From Deltaproteobacteria bacterium (GTDB lineage: Bacteria; JAEEML01), in assembly GCA_016283195.1 (NCBI GenBank), contig JAEEML010000167.1, positions 688-64,687 of the forward strand: 64,000 nucleotides of DNA, written 5' to 3'. Position 1 is the first letter of the stretch, and each line of letters starts with the position of its first letter. The notes under the pieces are model-generated. The model ran no database searches and was not told the DNA's origin. It worked only from the letters and a program-made list of their open reading frames with translations. The translations under genes were made by a program, and so were the position numbers. Positions 28,324 through 37,726 of the stretch are shown here, piece after piece.

Positions 28324-29484
28324 TTATCTGCCTCCGCGCCGGCCGGTAGAGTGCTGATTTGGCCTTTGATTGGGCCCGGAGCGGCGAGCACTGCCAGCGG
28401 AACGGCGAGAGTTGTTATCTGAGCGCCTGTTGTTGTTATCCCGGCTTTGCCGGCTGGCATATTGCGAGCGCCGGCCGCTACGTTCTTCTTGGCGTTTGCC
28501 CATTCCGCGCGGTGTTTCGCCGGCGCTATGCGAGCTTTGTCTTGCGCTTCTTGGCTCATCTTTGCGGCGCGGCTTATGCTCACTTTGGCTACTTGGGCCA
28601 TTTTTATGCGCAGCGGAGAATGAGCGCGCTTCTTGGCCTGGAGCGGCGGTAAAGTGGCGCTTTGGTGCTCTTTTGCCGCCTTTAGCGAGGCCGTTTTTGG
28701 CAATTTCCTTGAGCTTTTCTACCTCGGCCGGTGCCAGATGGCGCCAGTGTCCGGGCTCTAAATCGTCTATAGTGAGATTGGCATAAGCTACGCGGATGAG
28801 ATGAATAACAAAATGGCCGATAGCCTGGCACATGCGCTTTACTTGGTGGTGCCGCCCCTCATGAATAGTAATTCTAAGCCAGGAGTTGCTGCTGCCAAGC
28901 TTGATTACTTCCACCTCGGCGGGGGCAGTGGCCGGTTCCAGGCCGCCGTTCATATCAGGCAGGCGTACTCCGCGGCGCAGGCGATCTAGCTCTTCTTCGG
29001 TGGCCTGGCCTTTGATTTTCACCTCATAAACTTTGGGCACATTGTGGCGCGGATGCATGAGCATGTGGGCCAATTCGCCGTCGTTAGTGAGAATGAGCGC
29101 CCCTTCGGCGTCAAAATCGAGGCGGCCCACCGGGTAAAGGCGGGGCAGGTCGGCCGGGCCTTTGCCTTTGCCGGCTACCATGTCCAAAAGCTCCAGCACT
29201 GTGCGGCGGCCCAGGGGATCATCCACTGTGGTTACCACATTTTGCGGCTTATTTATGAGAATATAAACCTGCTGTTCGGAATTTAAGCGCCCATGCCCGC
29301 GTAGTTCAATAATATCTACCTCGGGATCGGCTTTGGTGCCCAAAGTAGTCACCACCTGACCGTTGACGGTTACCGCCCGGTCTAAAATAAGTTGTTCGGC
29401 ATCGCGGCGAGAGCAAATCCCCGCAGCGGCTATAATCTTTTGTAATCTTTCTTGCATAAAAAGCTCCCGGAGCCAGTGGCTCAC
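28324..29484 (-). CDS. rluB: 23S rRNA pseudouridine synthase (RluB/RsuA family) with long Arg/Ser-rich C-terminal tail
   Basis: S4 domain (…IAAAGICSRRDAEQLI…) and catalytic GRLDFDAEGALILTNDG. About 100 aa of RS/RR-rich tail. Confidence 0.75.
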   Translation of the reverse strand: MSHWLRELFMQERLQKIIAAAGICSRRDAEQLILDRAVTVNGQVVTTLGTKADPEVDIIELRGHGRLNSEQQVYILINKPQNVVTTVDDPLGRRTVLELLDMVAGKGKGPADLPRLYPVGRLDFDAEGALILTNDGELAHMLMHPRHNVPKVYEVKIKGQATEEELDRLRRGVRLPDMNGGLEPATAPAEVEVIKLGSSNSWLRITIHEGRHHQVKRMCQAIGHFVIHLIRVAYANLTIDDLEPGHWRHLAPAEVEKLKEIAKNGLAKGGKRAPKRHFTAAPGQEARSFSAAHKNGPSSQSEHKPRRKDEPRSARQSSHSAGETPRGMGKRQEERSGRRSQYASRQSRDNNNRRSDNNSRRSAGSARRSGPNQRPNQHSTGRRGGR

Positions 29485-29514
29485 ATTTCCGGCGCAATAT
29501 AGTCAATAATTTGT

Positions 29515-29895
29515 TTAATTGGTAGAATTTTCGTCTCCCGCCAGGGTTATTTGCATCTTGGCCTTTAGCTCATCCCCAGATTTTAAAGTGGCTTTAATGG
29601 CGTAAAGGCCGTCATCATCTTTAATATTAAAAGCGATGATAACTATTTCGTCCGGTAAAACCAAACTCTTGAATTTTACCTGCTTTATCCCCTTTATGGT
29701 AACTTTTTTACCAAGTGCCAGAGCGGCTGCCTGGCGCAGTGCTTCGATAAGTACTACTCCGGGCACAATGGCTTTTTGCGGAAAGTGCCCTTTAAAAAGC
29801 CCGGCTGAAGCAGGTAGGGAAAAAAGCGCCTCGTATGAAGAGGGCGCCACCTCTTTTAATTTATCTTTTTCGATGAGATTATCTAATTCAGTCAT
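29515..29895 (-). CDS. FabA/FabZ-like hot-dog fold (3-hydroxyacyl-ACP dehydratase-like) protein
   Basis: GHFPQKAIVPGVVLIEALRQAA matches the FabZ active-site region (His…Glu). Only 126 aa. Confidence 0.55.
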   Translation of the reverse strand: MTELDNLIEKDKLKEVAPSSYEALFSLPASAGLFKGHFPQKAIVPGVVLIEALRQAAALALGKKVTIKGIKQVKFKSLVLPDEIVIIAFNIKDDDGLYAIKATLKSGDELKAKMQITLAGDENSTN

Positions 29896-29903
29896 AATAT
29901 GCT

Positions 29904-30365
29904 CTAAAGATTAAAAAGATTTTGGGCTTGTGCTTCCGGCAAAAGGCGCTCACTCAGTTTATTTAATTCTAAGAGAGTGCTATTTTCCGGCAAATTAATG
30001 GCAATTTGTTCGGGAATAATGGCGGCGCTCAGGTGGCGTGACAGCTCCTCCGCTAAAGCCTCCAAAATTTTTCCAGATAATGGTGCCGGCTTGGTTATGA
30101 TAGCTAACTTGCCGTTTATAAAGGCTATATCAACAGCTGTAGTGCCCCAGTCGGCCTTTAAGAGCAGCCGCCAGTCTGCGCTATCACAAGTGGCCAGCAA
30201 AGCGCTGTATTGCGCTTCATAAGTATTTTGTTGCCAAGCGGCTCTAGCGCTGATGAGCCGGCAATTATCAAGTTTTCTCGCTTTTTGCGCCACCTCCGTG
30301 TGGGCACAGCCGGCAATAAGCGGAGTAGCTAAAAAAACTAATAAAAAAACTAATTTATTAAACAT
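29904..30365 (-). CDS. Lipoprotein, function unknown
   Basis: Lipobox LIAGC after a hydrophobic signal. 153 aa. Confidence 0.45.
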   Translation of the reverse strand: MFNKLVFLLVFLATPLIAGCAHTEVAQKARKLDNCRLISARAAWQQNTYEAQYSALLATCDSADWRLLLKADWGTTAVDIAFINGKLAIITKPAPLSGKILEALAEELSRHLSAAIIPEQIAINLPENSTLLELNKLSERLLPEAQAQNLFNL

Positions 30366-31269
30366 TCATCTCTGCCTGTAGCAAGAGTTTTTCCAAAGTT
30401 AAGCAAGGCGAGCCCGCCAGCTCCCTGAGGCTTTTAAATTGCATCTCGGCTTCTAAGTCAAGCTCCCCGTTAAAACTAGCCTTAATAAGCGTATTTTTAG
30501 GAGAATTTTCCTCAGGCACAAACTCTATAGCCGTGCTTTTGTAGCCATTAATGCGCAGCAAAAGAAGGCGCAGGGCATCGGTAAAAGTAGCGGCACTTTG
30601 GCGCCTTAAGTGCGGTGTATTCATGAATACAGCCAGCGGGCCTGAGGCTTTTTCCAAGGCCTTTTTCTCCCAAAAAGCAGCCAGTTCGGCTTGGCAACAG
30701 GGGGCGGCGGCGATAAAATCCGCTTTATTTTTTATGCCGTAAAAAAGAGCCCAATCGGTGGCTGTATTGCAAGCGTGAAGAGCCAGTAATACATTGATTT
30801 TTTGCGGAATCTCTGCTTCTTCCAGCTTTTGGCATTTAAAGGTTATAAGTTCGGAAAGCTCAAGCTGCGCCGCTCTTCTCTGGCACTGCTTTATCACCGG
30901 TTCATTAAAATCCAGGCCGATAATCTGCGCGTCGTGCTTTAGATAATGGCGGTAATACCAGGCCAAAAGAAGCGATAAATAAGAGCGGCCGCAGCCGCAA
31001 TCAATAATAACAGGCTGGGCATATTTTTGATTGAGAGCCTGTAAATCGGGGAGAATCAGCCGCACCATTTGCGAAATTTGCCAAAATTTACGCATACTTT
31101 CCGGCGTCATCTCTCCATGCGCCTGCATGAGCCCCATAGCGCGCCAGAGCGGGGCATCATCCACGGGGTGGAGTAGCAGGCGGCGCCCTCCCAAAAGGTG
31201 GGCCTGACGTTCCGGCGTCCAAAACTCCGCAGCGCGCTTTTTTATTTCATTAAGCCATTCTGCTTGCAT
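30358..31269 (-). CDS. Class I SAM-dependent methyltransferase
   Basis: Motif I VIIDCGCGRSYLSLLLA and motif II IIGLDFNEP. The internal ATG at 31269 is preferred, because the longer track ORF would overlap the divergent gene at 31355. Confidence 0.55.
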   Translation of the reverse strand: MQAEWLNEIKKRAAEFWTPERQAHLLGGRRLLLHPVDDAPLWRAMGLMQAHGEMTPESMRKFWQISQMVRLILPDLQALNQKYAQPVIIDCGCGRSYLSLLLAWYYRHYLKHDAQIIGLDFNEPVIKQCQRRAAQLELSELITFKCQKLEEAEIPQKINVLLALHACNTATDWALFYGIKNKADFIAAAPCCQAELAAFWEKKALEKASGPLAVFMNTPHLRRQSAATFTDALRLLLLRINGYKSTAIEFVPEENSPKNTLIKASFNGELDLEAEMQFKSLRELAGSPCLTLEKLLLQAEMNV

Positions 31270-31354
31270 CGCTTTAATCTCAAAAAGGGGCTTTATTCCC
31301 CCAAAATTATGGGCTATACTACCCAAATTGTGGGCTTTTCCAAGGAGAAAACGC

Positions 31355-31816
31355 ATGAAAAACAAAATAACTACTCTGCTGGCAGCCATAGCATTAACAA
31401 TTTCTTTGGGTGCCGGTAGCGCTGTTGCCGCCCCCAAAGCCGCTGCTGCTGCCAAGGCCGAAGCCGGGAAAAATGCCAAGGAGTTCAAGGGAAATATTGT
31501 AGGCACATACACGGTTACCGGCAATACCCCTGGGCAAAATGGCCAATATACCGGCAAAGTGGTCATTAAAAAAACCGATGATACTTATCAAGTTAGTTGG
31601 ACGCTTGGCGAAGAGAGCAATTTTGGCACCGGCCTTTTAAATGGCGATACCTTTGCTGTGGCTTACACTAACAGCAAAGGCAGCTTTTTTGGCCTGGTGC
31701 TTTACAAAGTGAGCCCGGATGGCCGCACTATGGAAGGCATGTGGACTATGGCCGGAGCTAATCTCTTTGGCACCGAAAAGCTGGTAAAAGAGCTGCCCGG
31801 AGCGACCGGACTTTAA
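31355..31816 (+). CDS. Secreted hypothetical protein
   Basis: Signal peptide MKNKITTLLAAIALTISLGAGSAVA. SD AGGAG sits 8 nt upstream. 153 aa. The stop overlaps the miaA ATG. Confidence 0.5.
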   Translation: MKNKITTLLAAIALTISLGAGSAVAAPKAAAAAKAEAGKNAKEFKGNIVGTYTVTGNTPGQNGQYTGKVVIKKTDDTYQVSWTLGEESNFGTGLLNGDTFAVAYTNSKGSFFGLVLYKVSPDGRTMEGMWTMAGANLFGTEKLVKELPGATGL

Positions 31817-32739
31817 TGGCTCTCCCCAAAGTTATTGCTATTGTCGGCCCGACATCCATCGGCAAAACGGCAGCTGCTATTGATTTAGCCGAAAAATATA
31901 ACGGCGAGGTGGTTACCTGCGATTCGGTGCAGGTTTATGCCCAAATGGATATCGGCAGTGCCAAGCCCACTATAGAAGAGCGCCGCGGTATTCCCCACCA
32001 CATGATTGACCTGGTGCCGGCCGGCGGCGAGTATAATGCCGCCCAATATGCCGTAGATGCCGCTAAAGTAATAAAAGATATCTTGGCGCGCGGTAAATGG
32101 CCGATTATTGCTGGCGGCACCGGCCTCTTTTTGCGCACTTTATTGCACGGCATTATCGAGGCTCCGGAGGCCGACCAGGCCCTGCGCGCCGAGCTGGAAA
32201 ATGCCGAAAAGGCGGAGCCGGGCTATTTGCGTCGCCGTCTTATGGAGCTGGATCCGCCAAGTGCCGAAACGATAATCGGCAATAATATCCCGCGCTTAAT
32301 TCGCTCTATTGAAATAACGCTCTTAAGCGGCAAGCCGGCGAGTCTATGGCGAGCTGAGCACGCTTTTAAGGAAGAGCCCTTTCCCGGGACGCCGGTGATT
32401 ATGCTCGATGCCGAGAGCACCTGGCTGCATGAGCGGCTGACTAAACGGGAGCAGGGCATGGTAGATAGCGGCCTGCGCGAAGAAATACAAAATCTCTGGC
32501 AGGCCGGGGTTTCTCCAGAGTGGCGGGTGTGGAATGCGCTCACCTATCGCCAGGCTTGCGATTATCTCAAAGGCAAAATCAAAAAAGAGGAGCTTTTACC
32601 GGCTCTCGTCAATGCCAACTGGGCCTTCGTGCGCCGCCAGCGCACCTGGTTTCGCAAAGAGAAAAATGTCATCCACATCGACGTTACCGGCCGGCCGGAG
32701 CAGGCAGCGCGGCTCATTGCGGAAGCGGTATCGCTGTAA
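31816..32739 (+). CDS. miaA: tRNA dimethylallyltransferase
   Basis: P-loop GPTSIGKT and …TCDSVQVYAQMDIGSAKPT. Confidence 0.9.
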   Translation: MALPKVIAIVGPTSIGKTAAAIDLAEKYNGEVVTCDSVQVYAQMDIGSAKPTIEERRGIPHHMIDLVPAGGEYNAAQYAVDAAKVIKDILARGKWPIIAGGTGLFLRTLLHGIIEAPEADQALRAELENAEKAEPGYLRRRLMELDPPSAETIIGNNIPRLIRSIEITLLSGKPASLWRAEHAFKEEPFPGTPVIMLDAESTWLHERLTKREQGMVDSGLREEIQNLWQAGVSPEWRVWNALTYRQACDYLKGKIKKEELLPALVNANWAFVRRQRTWFRKEKNVIHIDVTGRPEQAARLIAEAVSL

Positions 32740-32771
32740 CTTTTTTAGCGGAAAATTATTGGAAATTTTAA

Positions 32772-34526
32772 TCAGAAATTGATCTTCACGCCCACATTAA
32801 AGGAGCGTGAACTGGGAGTATCCAGCCCGGAAGCACCGAAGTTGAGGGAGACCTTGTCTTTGTAAGAAATCCCGGCTGAGGCGTTTACCAGCGGATTGCC
32901 GGAGGTGAAGCCGCCGCTTATGGAGCCGGTTAATTTCCAATCATCTTTAATAGTTACTTTGCCCTGAACATTCCAAAGGAAATCCTCGCCATAGCGAGTA
33001 TCAAAAATAGTTATCGGCGCGTAAAGGTTAGCCGAGAGGGCAAAATTATCTCGATGATAGGTGGCGCCTATTTCGGCAAATTGGTTGATTGCCGGCGGTG
33101 TCCACTGCTGGAAACGGCCCATCAGCAAATTAGCTGCACTGTGAGCCACATCCACGCTCATGGTATAATCGGCAGATAAAGTTAAATCTTTGCGGGCATC
33201 CCACTCAAAATGGTTGTGCGAGGTGACATCTATATCGGTGTCCATGATAGTCATACCGAGAGACTCAATCTTGCCGCCCTGGTGGAAATAAATGGGAATA
33301 GCTACTGTGCCGTCCATAGTGGAGCTAAAGCGCAGAGTATTGTCTTTCCAGGAGTTGGCATAAATATCGGTATTCCAATTGGCGCCCAGAGCCAGCATGT
33401 GCATCGGTGAGGCAGTGCTGCCTGAATCGCCGGCATCACGCACGCCCATTTGCGGCATATAGCCATAAGCCAGGCTGAGCTGGAAGTGGTCATTAAAGGA
33501 TTCGCGCGCGGCAATCCAGAGAGCGCCGTTTTGGCCGCCCATATTGCCGCCTATGCCGGAATTTCCCAAGCTTGGCAAATTATAGCGGGCATCAATTTGC
33601 AAGCCGATATTGTTGAAGCTGACCGAGCCGGCCGCTTTTTCGTTATCAATATCAAAGCCGAAGGACACCGGCTTGCCGTCTTTGTTGTCGATATTTATAG
33701 AATATTTGCTGCCATCACGCGTGCCGCTGATAAAGCCTTTGAGTTCTTCGCCATGGTGAGTGCGCACCCGCTTTTCCACATAAGCGCTCTTATCGGCTTC
33801 GGCGTTGTTCCAAATCCAGAAATTATTGGCAGAGGGGAGGGCTTTAGCTAGCGCTTCTTCAAAAGAATCGGCCCCAAGTTCGTGAATTTTACCATATTCG
33901 GCAATATTCCATTTGCCGGTATCTTTGTCTTTGTAAAAGCTGACAACGTGGAAACAATCGGGCTCGGCATAAGCCACGGCTTTGGCTTCATAGCCGAGTT
34001 CATTCAGCATATAGGTCTTGGTGATGGCATCTTCGCGGCAAACGCCTTTCTTGCTTTGAAAGGCCTCCAGCACCGAGTAAGCAAAAACATCAAGGCAGTG
34101 GCTGTAATCATAAGTGAAGCTATCAGCCCAGATAGAGGCTACATCAGAGGCATCAGAGAGATTGTTATGAATCCAATTGCGAAAATCTTCCGGAGTAGCA
34201 TTATCCGGCAGGTCGCTTTGGATGTGTTTGCCTCTGGTATTTACAGAATGCCAGGTTTCATCGAATTTGGCGCCTTGGCTGATAATACCTTTAGTATTAT
34301 GATAATTAGGCTCAACTAGGCTGTTTTTGGCAGTCATTACCACCGATTGCTTTTTGGCCGGAGTGGCTGATTTTTCAATAGTATCAACAGGTTCTCCTGT
34401 GGCTTGCGACTCTTTTGTGCCTTCCGTTTTATCGGCTGCCGGAGCATCGTTAACTGCTACCGGCTCGGTATAAGTATTAGTATAAAGCGGGTTTACGGTA
34501 TTATTGGCAGAACCTATTGCTGACAT
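32772..34526 (-). CDS. Large protein: transglutaminase-like Cys-protease-type domain plus C-terminal beta-barrel-like domain (paralogue A)
   Basis: Core KKGVCREDAITKTYMLNELGYEAKAVAY…CFHVVSFYKDKDTGKWNIAEYG gives a Cys-His-acid triad pattern. The C-terminal 300 aa is Gly/aromatic-rich with alternating polarity and ends …VKINF. Confidence 0.5.
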   Translation of the reverse strand: MSAIGSANNTVNPLYTNTYTEPVAVNDAPAADKTEGTKESQATGEPVDTIEKSATPAKKQSVVMTAKNSLVEPNYHNTKGIISQGAKFDETWHSVNTRGKHIQSDLPDNATPEDFRNWIHNNLSDASDVASIWADSFTYDYSHCLDVFAYSVLEAFQSKKGVCREDAITKTYMLNELGYEAKAVAYAEPDCFHVVSFYKDKDTGKWNIAEYGKIHELGADSFEEALAKALPSANNFWIWNNAEADKSAYVEKRVRTHHGEELKGFISGTRDGSKYSINIDNKDGKPVSFGFDIDNEKAAGSVSFNNIGLQIDARYNLPSLGNSGIGGNMGGQNGALWIAARESFNDHFQLSLAYGYMPQMGVRDAGDSGSTASPMHMLALGANWNTDIYANSWKDNTLRFSSTMDGTVAIPIYFHQGGKIESLGMTIMDTDIDVTSHNHFEWDARKDLTLSADYTMSVDVAHSAANLLMGRFQQWTPPAINQFAEIGATYHRDNFALSANLYAPITIFDTRYGEDFLWNVQGKVTIKDDWKLTGSISGGFTSGNPLVNASAGISYKDKVSLNFGASGLDTPSSRSFNVGVKINF

Positions 34527-34608
34527 CTAAACCTCCTCCGTAGCAGTAAAAACCTGCTAAGTGCATTTATTATCGGTGGAAAATTTTTTTTGTCTACAAA
34601 AAAAGAGC

Positions 34609-36342
34609 TTAAAAAGTGAAGAAAGCGGTCACAGTGGCGCTGGCAAATTCATTGGTATGAGCCGAAGCTTTGAAGTTTAAGCCATAAGCGCCTTTTTTGC
34701 TGATGCCAAGCTCGGCATTGAAGATGGCACTTTCAGAATCAAAAGCCCCACCAGCGGAGCCTTTCAATTGCCAACCGTTTTTAAGAGCGGCTTCGGCTTT
34801 TACATCCCAGCGGAAACTTCTCTCATAGCGGGTATCGCTAATACTTATGGGCATATAGGCATTGGCAGAGAGCTTTAGGTCTTTGGTGTTGTACTTAAGA
34901 CCAAATTCGGCATATTGGTTGATTATCGGCGAAAAATCACCGCCACCAGATAAAATAATATTAGCTACAGTGTGTGCGGCATCAAAACTGGCAGTGTAAC
35001 CGGCTGAGAGGGAAAGGCCGTTGCCGGCATCCCAGTCCAACTTGTTTTTCCAGGTCACATCAGCGTCGCTGTCCATGAGCGTTCTCATAAGTGCCTTGAA
35101 TTCAAAGGAATTATCAAAATAAAACGGTGTTGACAGAGTGCCGTCAATAGATGAATTGAATTTCAAATCCTCGGCCGGAGAAGTATAAGAAACCACATCT
35201 TCATGCCATTTGGCGCCGATAGCCAGCATGTGCTCATTATTTTCCGGAGCGTAGCCATAAGCCAGGCTGAGCTGCGCATTATCGCCGATTGATTTGCGCG
35301 CCGCTGCCCAAATAGCGCCGTTTTGGTCGCCCATTTTGCCGCCAAAGCCCATTATTGAGGGCAAATTATAGCGCGTATCCAAGGTGAGGCCCAGTTTTTG
35401 GGAAGAGGCGGAAACAGCCAGCTTTTCTTCATCGGCATCGGCTTTTAGAGTAATAACTTCATCGCCTTTGAGTTTAAAAGTTTGCTTAACCAGCGAATAA
35501 TCTTTTTGTGTGCCGCTGATAAAGCCTTTCATTTTTTCGCCGCCGGCGGTGCGCACTCTTCTTTCAATGTAAACATTACCGGAAGAGTCTTGGTTCATAA
35601 CCCAGCAATTTTTTGAAGATTCAGGCAAAGTTTGTTTTAAAGCGGCATTAAAAGTGGAGGCTTTTAATTCTTTTTGCTCACCGCCTTCGTTTACATACCA
35701 AGTGGTTTTGGTCTCCTTGGTCTCGGTGCCATCTTCTTTGGTGGTGACGACAACTTCTTCTTTTTTGCTGAAAGTGGCTACATGAATTTTGCCGTCGGCA
35801 TCGGTATAAGCTACCGGTTTATTTTCGTAAACATGGTCATTAACCATGCTCATGTTGGTGGCTTTTACTTCCGGCAGACCTTTTTCCAAATGCTCTTTTA
35901 GTTTTTTAATGGCGAAATCATTAAGGGCATCTTCGGCGGCATCGGCGGCTTTATCCAGCCCGTCGTTTACGGCTTTATCAATATTCTCGTTAATGATGGT
36001 GCCCTTGGGACGCAAACTCTTGATGGTTTCCTTGAGAGTGGCCGGCTTTTGGTATTTTGGCAGAGGCAGATTACCGATTGGCTTTTTGGGGGCCGCCGGC
36101 CCGCGCAGCAAGAGGCTCTGGCCATAGGTAGCACCGGAGTCAAGAGTATCAACATCAGCAGGTTTAGCACCGCTTTCGGTGGCAGCTTCGGGGGATATTT
36201 GCTGCTCGCCGGGCTGAATAGCCGTATTTTCCGCCGGATCGGGGTAATTGGCACTTGTAAGGGGATTCAACATATTACCTGTGCTACCTATTGCTGACAT
36301 CAGCCACCTCATCTCGGTGATAAACACCACCGCTCTCGCCAA
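34609..36342 (-). CDS. Paralogue B of the above, lacking the catalytic Cys
   Basis: Shares the N-terminal MSAIGS…N.LNPL motif, RVRT..GE.(L/M)KGFISGT, RYNLPS…QNGA(L/I)WAAAR…QLSLAYGY and a C-terminal aromatic end (TAFFTF). Confidence 0.5.
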   Translation of the reverse strand: MARAVVFITEMRWLMSAIGSTGNMLNPLTSANYPDPAENTAIQPGEQQISPEAATESGAKPADVDTLDSGATYGQSLLLRGPAAPKKPIGNLPLPKYQKPATLKETIKSLRPKGTIINENIDKAVNDGLDKAADAAEDALNDFAIKKLKEHLEKGLPEVKATNMSMVNDHVYENKPVAYTDADGKIHVATFSKKEEVVVTTKEDGTETKETKTTWYVNEGGEQKELKASTFNAALKQTLPESSKNCWVMNQDSSGNVYIERRVRTAGGEKMKGFISGTQKDYSLVKQTFKLKGDEVITLKADADEEKLAVSASSQKLGLTLDTRYNLPSIMGFGGKMGDQNGAIWAAARKSIGDNAQLSLAYGYAPENNEHMLAIGAKWHEDVVSYTSPAEDLKFNSSIDGTLSTPFYFDNSFEFKALMRTLMDSDADVTWKNKLDWDAGNGLSLSAGYTASFDAAHTVANIILSGGGDFSPIINQYAEFGLKYNTKDLKLSANAYMPISISDTRYERSFRWDVKAEAALKNGWQLKGSAGGAFDSESAIFNAELGISKKGAYGLNFKASAHTNEFASATVTAFFTF

Positions 36343-36438
36343 TTATCGGAATAAGAAGAATTTTGTCCATTAAAAATAGCCGATTTTTTGCAATTAACTA
36401 ATTTTTAGCTAAATAATCTGCCGGATTTGGGAGGAAAT

Positions 36439-36999
36439 ATGCTGATTTTAGCTTCTGCCTCACCGCGGCGCCGTCTTTTACTTGAGAGTGCCTGCTTAAA
36501 ATTCCAAGTTTTAACGGCGGATATCGACGAAGAACATCATTTTGGCGAAGAGCCGACAGAGTATGTAAAGCGTTTGGCCTATTCCAAGGCGTTGGCTGTA
36601 GCTCAAAAAACGGCGGCTGCCGATTTTGTCCTCGGGGCCGATACCACAGTTGTTTTTGGCAGTGAAGTGCTGGGAAAACCAAAAAACAACGCTGAAGCAG
36701 AAAAAATGCTCCTTCTCCTATCGGGGCAGACACATCAGGTTCACACAGGTTGGGCCATTATTCATGGCGATAAAAGCCTGGTTGCCGTGGAGAGTACGGC
36801 AGTTTCTTTTAGAAAACTCTCGGCGGCGGAAATAGCCAAATATATTGCCAGCGGTGAGCCTTTTGACAAGGCCGGTGGCTATGGAATCCAGGGGCTTGGT
36901 GGCACATTAATTGACAGAGTCTCCGGTTCGTATTCCAATGTTGTTGGTTTGCCGCTCGCCGAAGTTTTAGGCGGGCTCAGGCAAATGGGGGCCATTTAG
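36439..36999 (+). CDS. maf: Maf-family nucleoside triphosphate pyrophosphatase
   Basis: MLILASASPRRRLLL…; SD GGGAGG. Confidence 0.85.
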   Translation: MLILASASPRRRLLLESACLKFQVLTADIDEEHHFGEEPTEYVKRLAYSKALAVAQKTAAADFVLGADTTVVFGSEVLGKPKNNAEAEKMLLLLSGQTHQVHTGWAIIHGDKSLVAVESTAVSFRKLSAAEIAKYIASGEPFDKAGGYGIQGLGGTLIDRVSGSYSNVVGLPLAEVLGGLRQMGAI

Positions 37000-37003
37000 C
37001 GTT

Positions 37004-37714
37004 ATGGAAAGTGAAAAAGTCATAAAAGATCGCCTTTATGCAGTGGAAGAGCGCATCACTCTGGCTTGCCAGAAGTGTGGTCGCCAGCGCTGCGAGGTCA
37101 ATCTTCTGGCTGTTACCAAAACTATGCCGCCGGCCGTTTGTCGGGCAGCGCTCTCGGCTGGGCTCAGTGCTTTTGGTGAGAGTTATGTGCAGGAACTGCG
37201 CCCTAAGATGGCGGCTCTTGCTGATGAAAAGGCTATTTCCTGGCATTTTATCGGCAATTTGCAGAGCAACAAGGCCAAATATCTGGAAAACTGCGCTCTT
37301 ATCCATTCGCTTGATTCTCTGGAAACGGCCAAAGAGCTTGGTCGCCATGCCAAAGAGGCCAAAAAAGTTTTGGTGGAAGTTAATTGCGGCGAGGTGCAAA
37401 AGGGTGGGGTGCCTCCAAAAGAATTGCATGATTTTATTAGCAAACTTTTGGACTACCCCAATATAGAAGTTTGTGGGCTCATGACTGTGCCACCCCTTGC
37501 GGCCACTGAAAGTGAGCTTAGCGGCTATTTTTCCGCGCTGGCCAAAATGCGCGACGAACTGGCTGCAAAATTGCCCTTAAAAGCCTCTTTTAAAGAGCTC
37601 TCTATGGGCATGAGCGCCGATTTTGAATTGGCTATTGCCGCCGGGGCGACTTGGATTCGCCTAGGCAGTATCTTATTTGGACAAAGAAATGCGGCCCGTT
37701 GGTGGCAGCAGTAA
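37004..37714 (+). CDS. yggS: YggS-family PLP homeostasis protein
   Basis: …LLAVTKTMPPAV…HFIGNLQSNK…. Confidence 0.85.
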   Translation: MESEKVIKDRLYAVEERITLACQKCGRQRCEVNLLAVTKTMPPAVCRAALSAGLSAFGESYVQELRPKMAALADEKAISWHFIGNLQSNKAKYLENCALIHSLDSLETAKELGRHAKEAKKVLVEVNCGEVQKGGVPPKELHDFISKLLDYPNIEVCGLMTVPPLAATESELSGYFSALAKMRDELAAKLPLKASFKELSMGMSADFELAIAAGATWIRLGSILFGQRNAARWWQQ

Positions 37715-37726
37715 AGGTGGAAGATA

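Noticed and set aside
28107-28786. ORFs 28107-28703 (-), 28359-28652 (+), 28370-28786 (+) overlapping the rluB tail
   Set aside because: They arise from the Arg/Ser-rich repetitive coding of the RluB C-terminus. There are no start-site signals.
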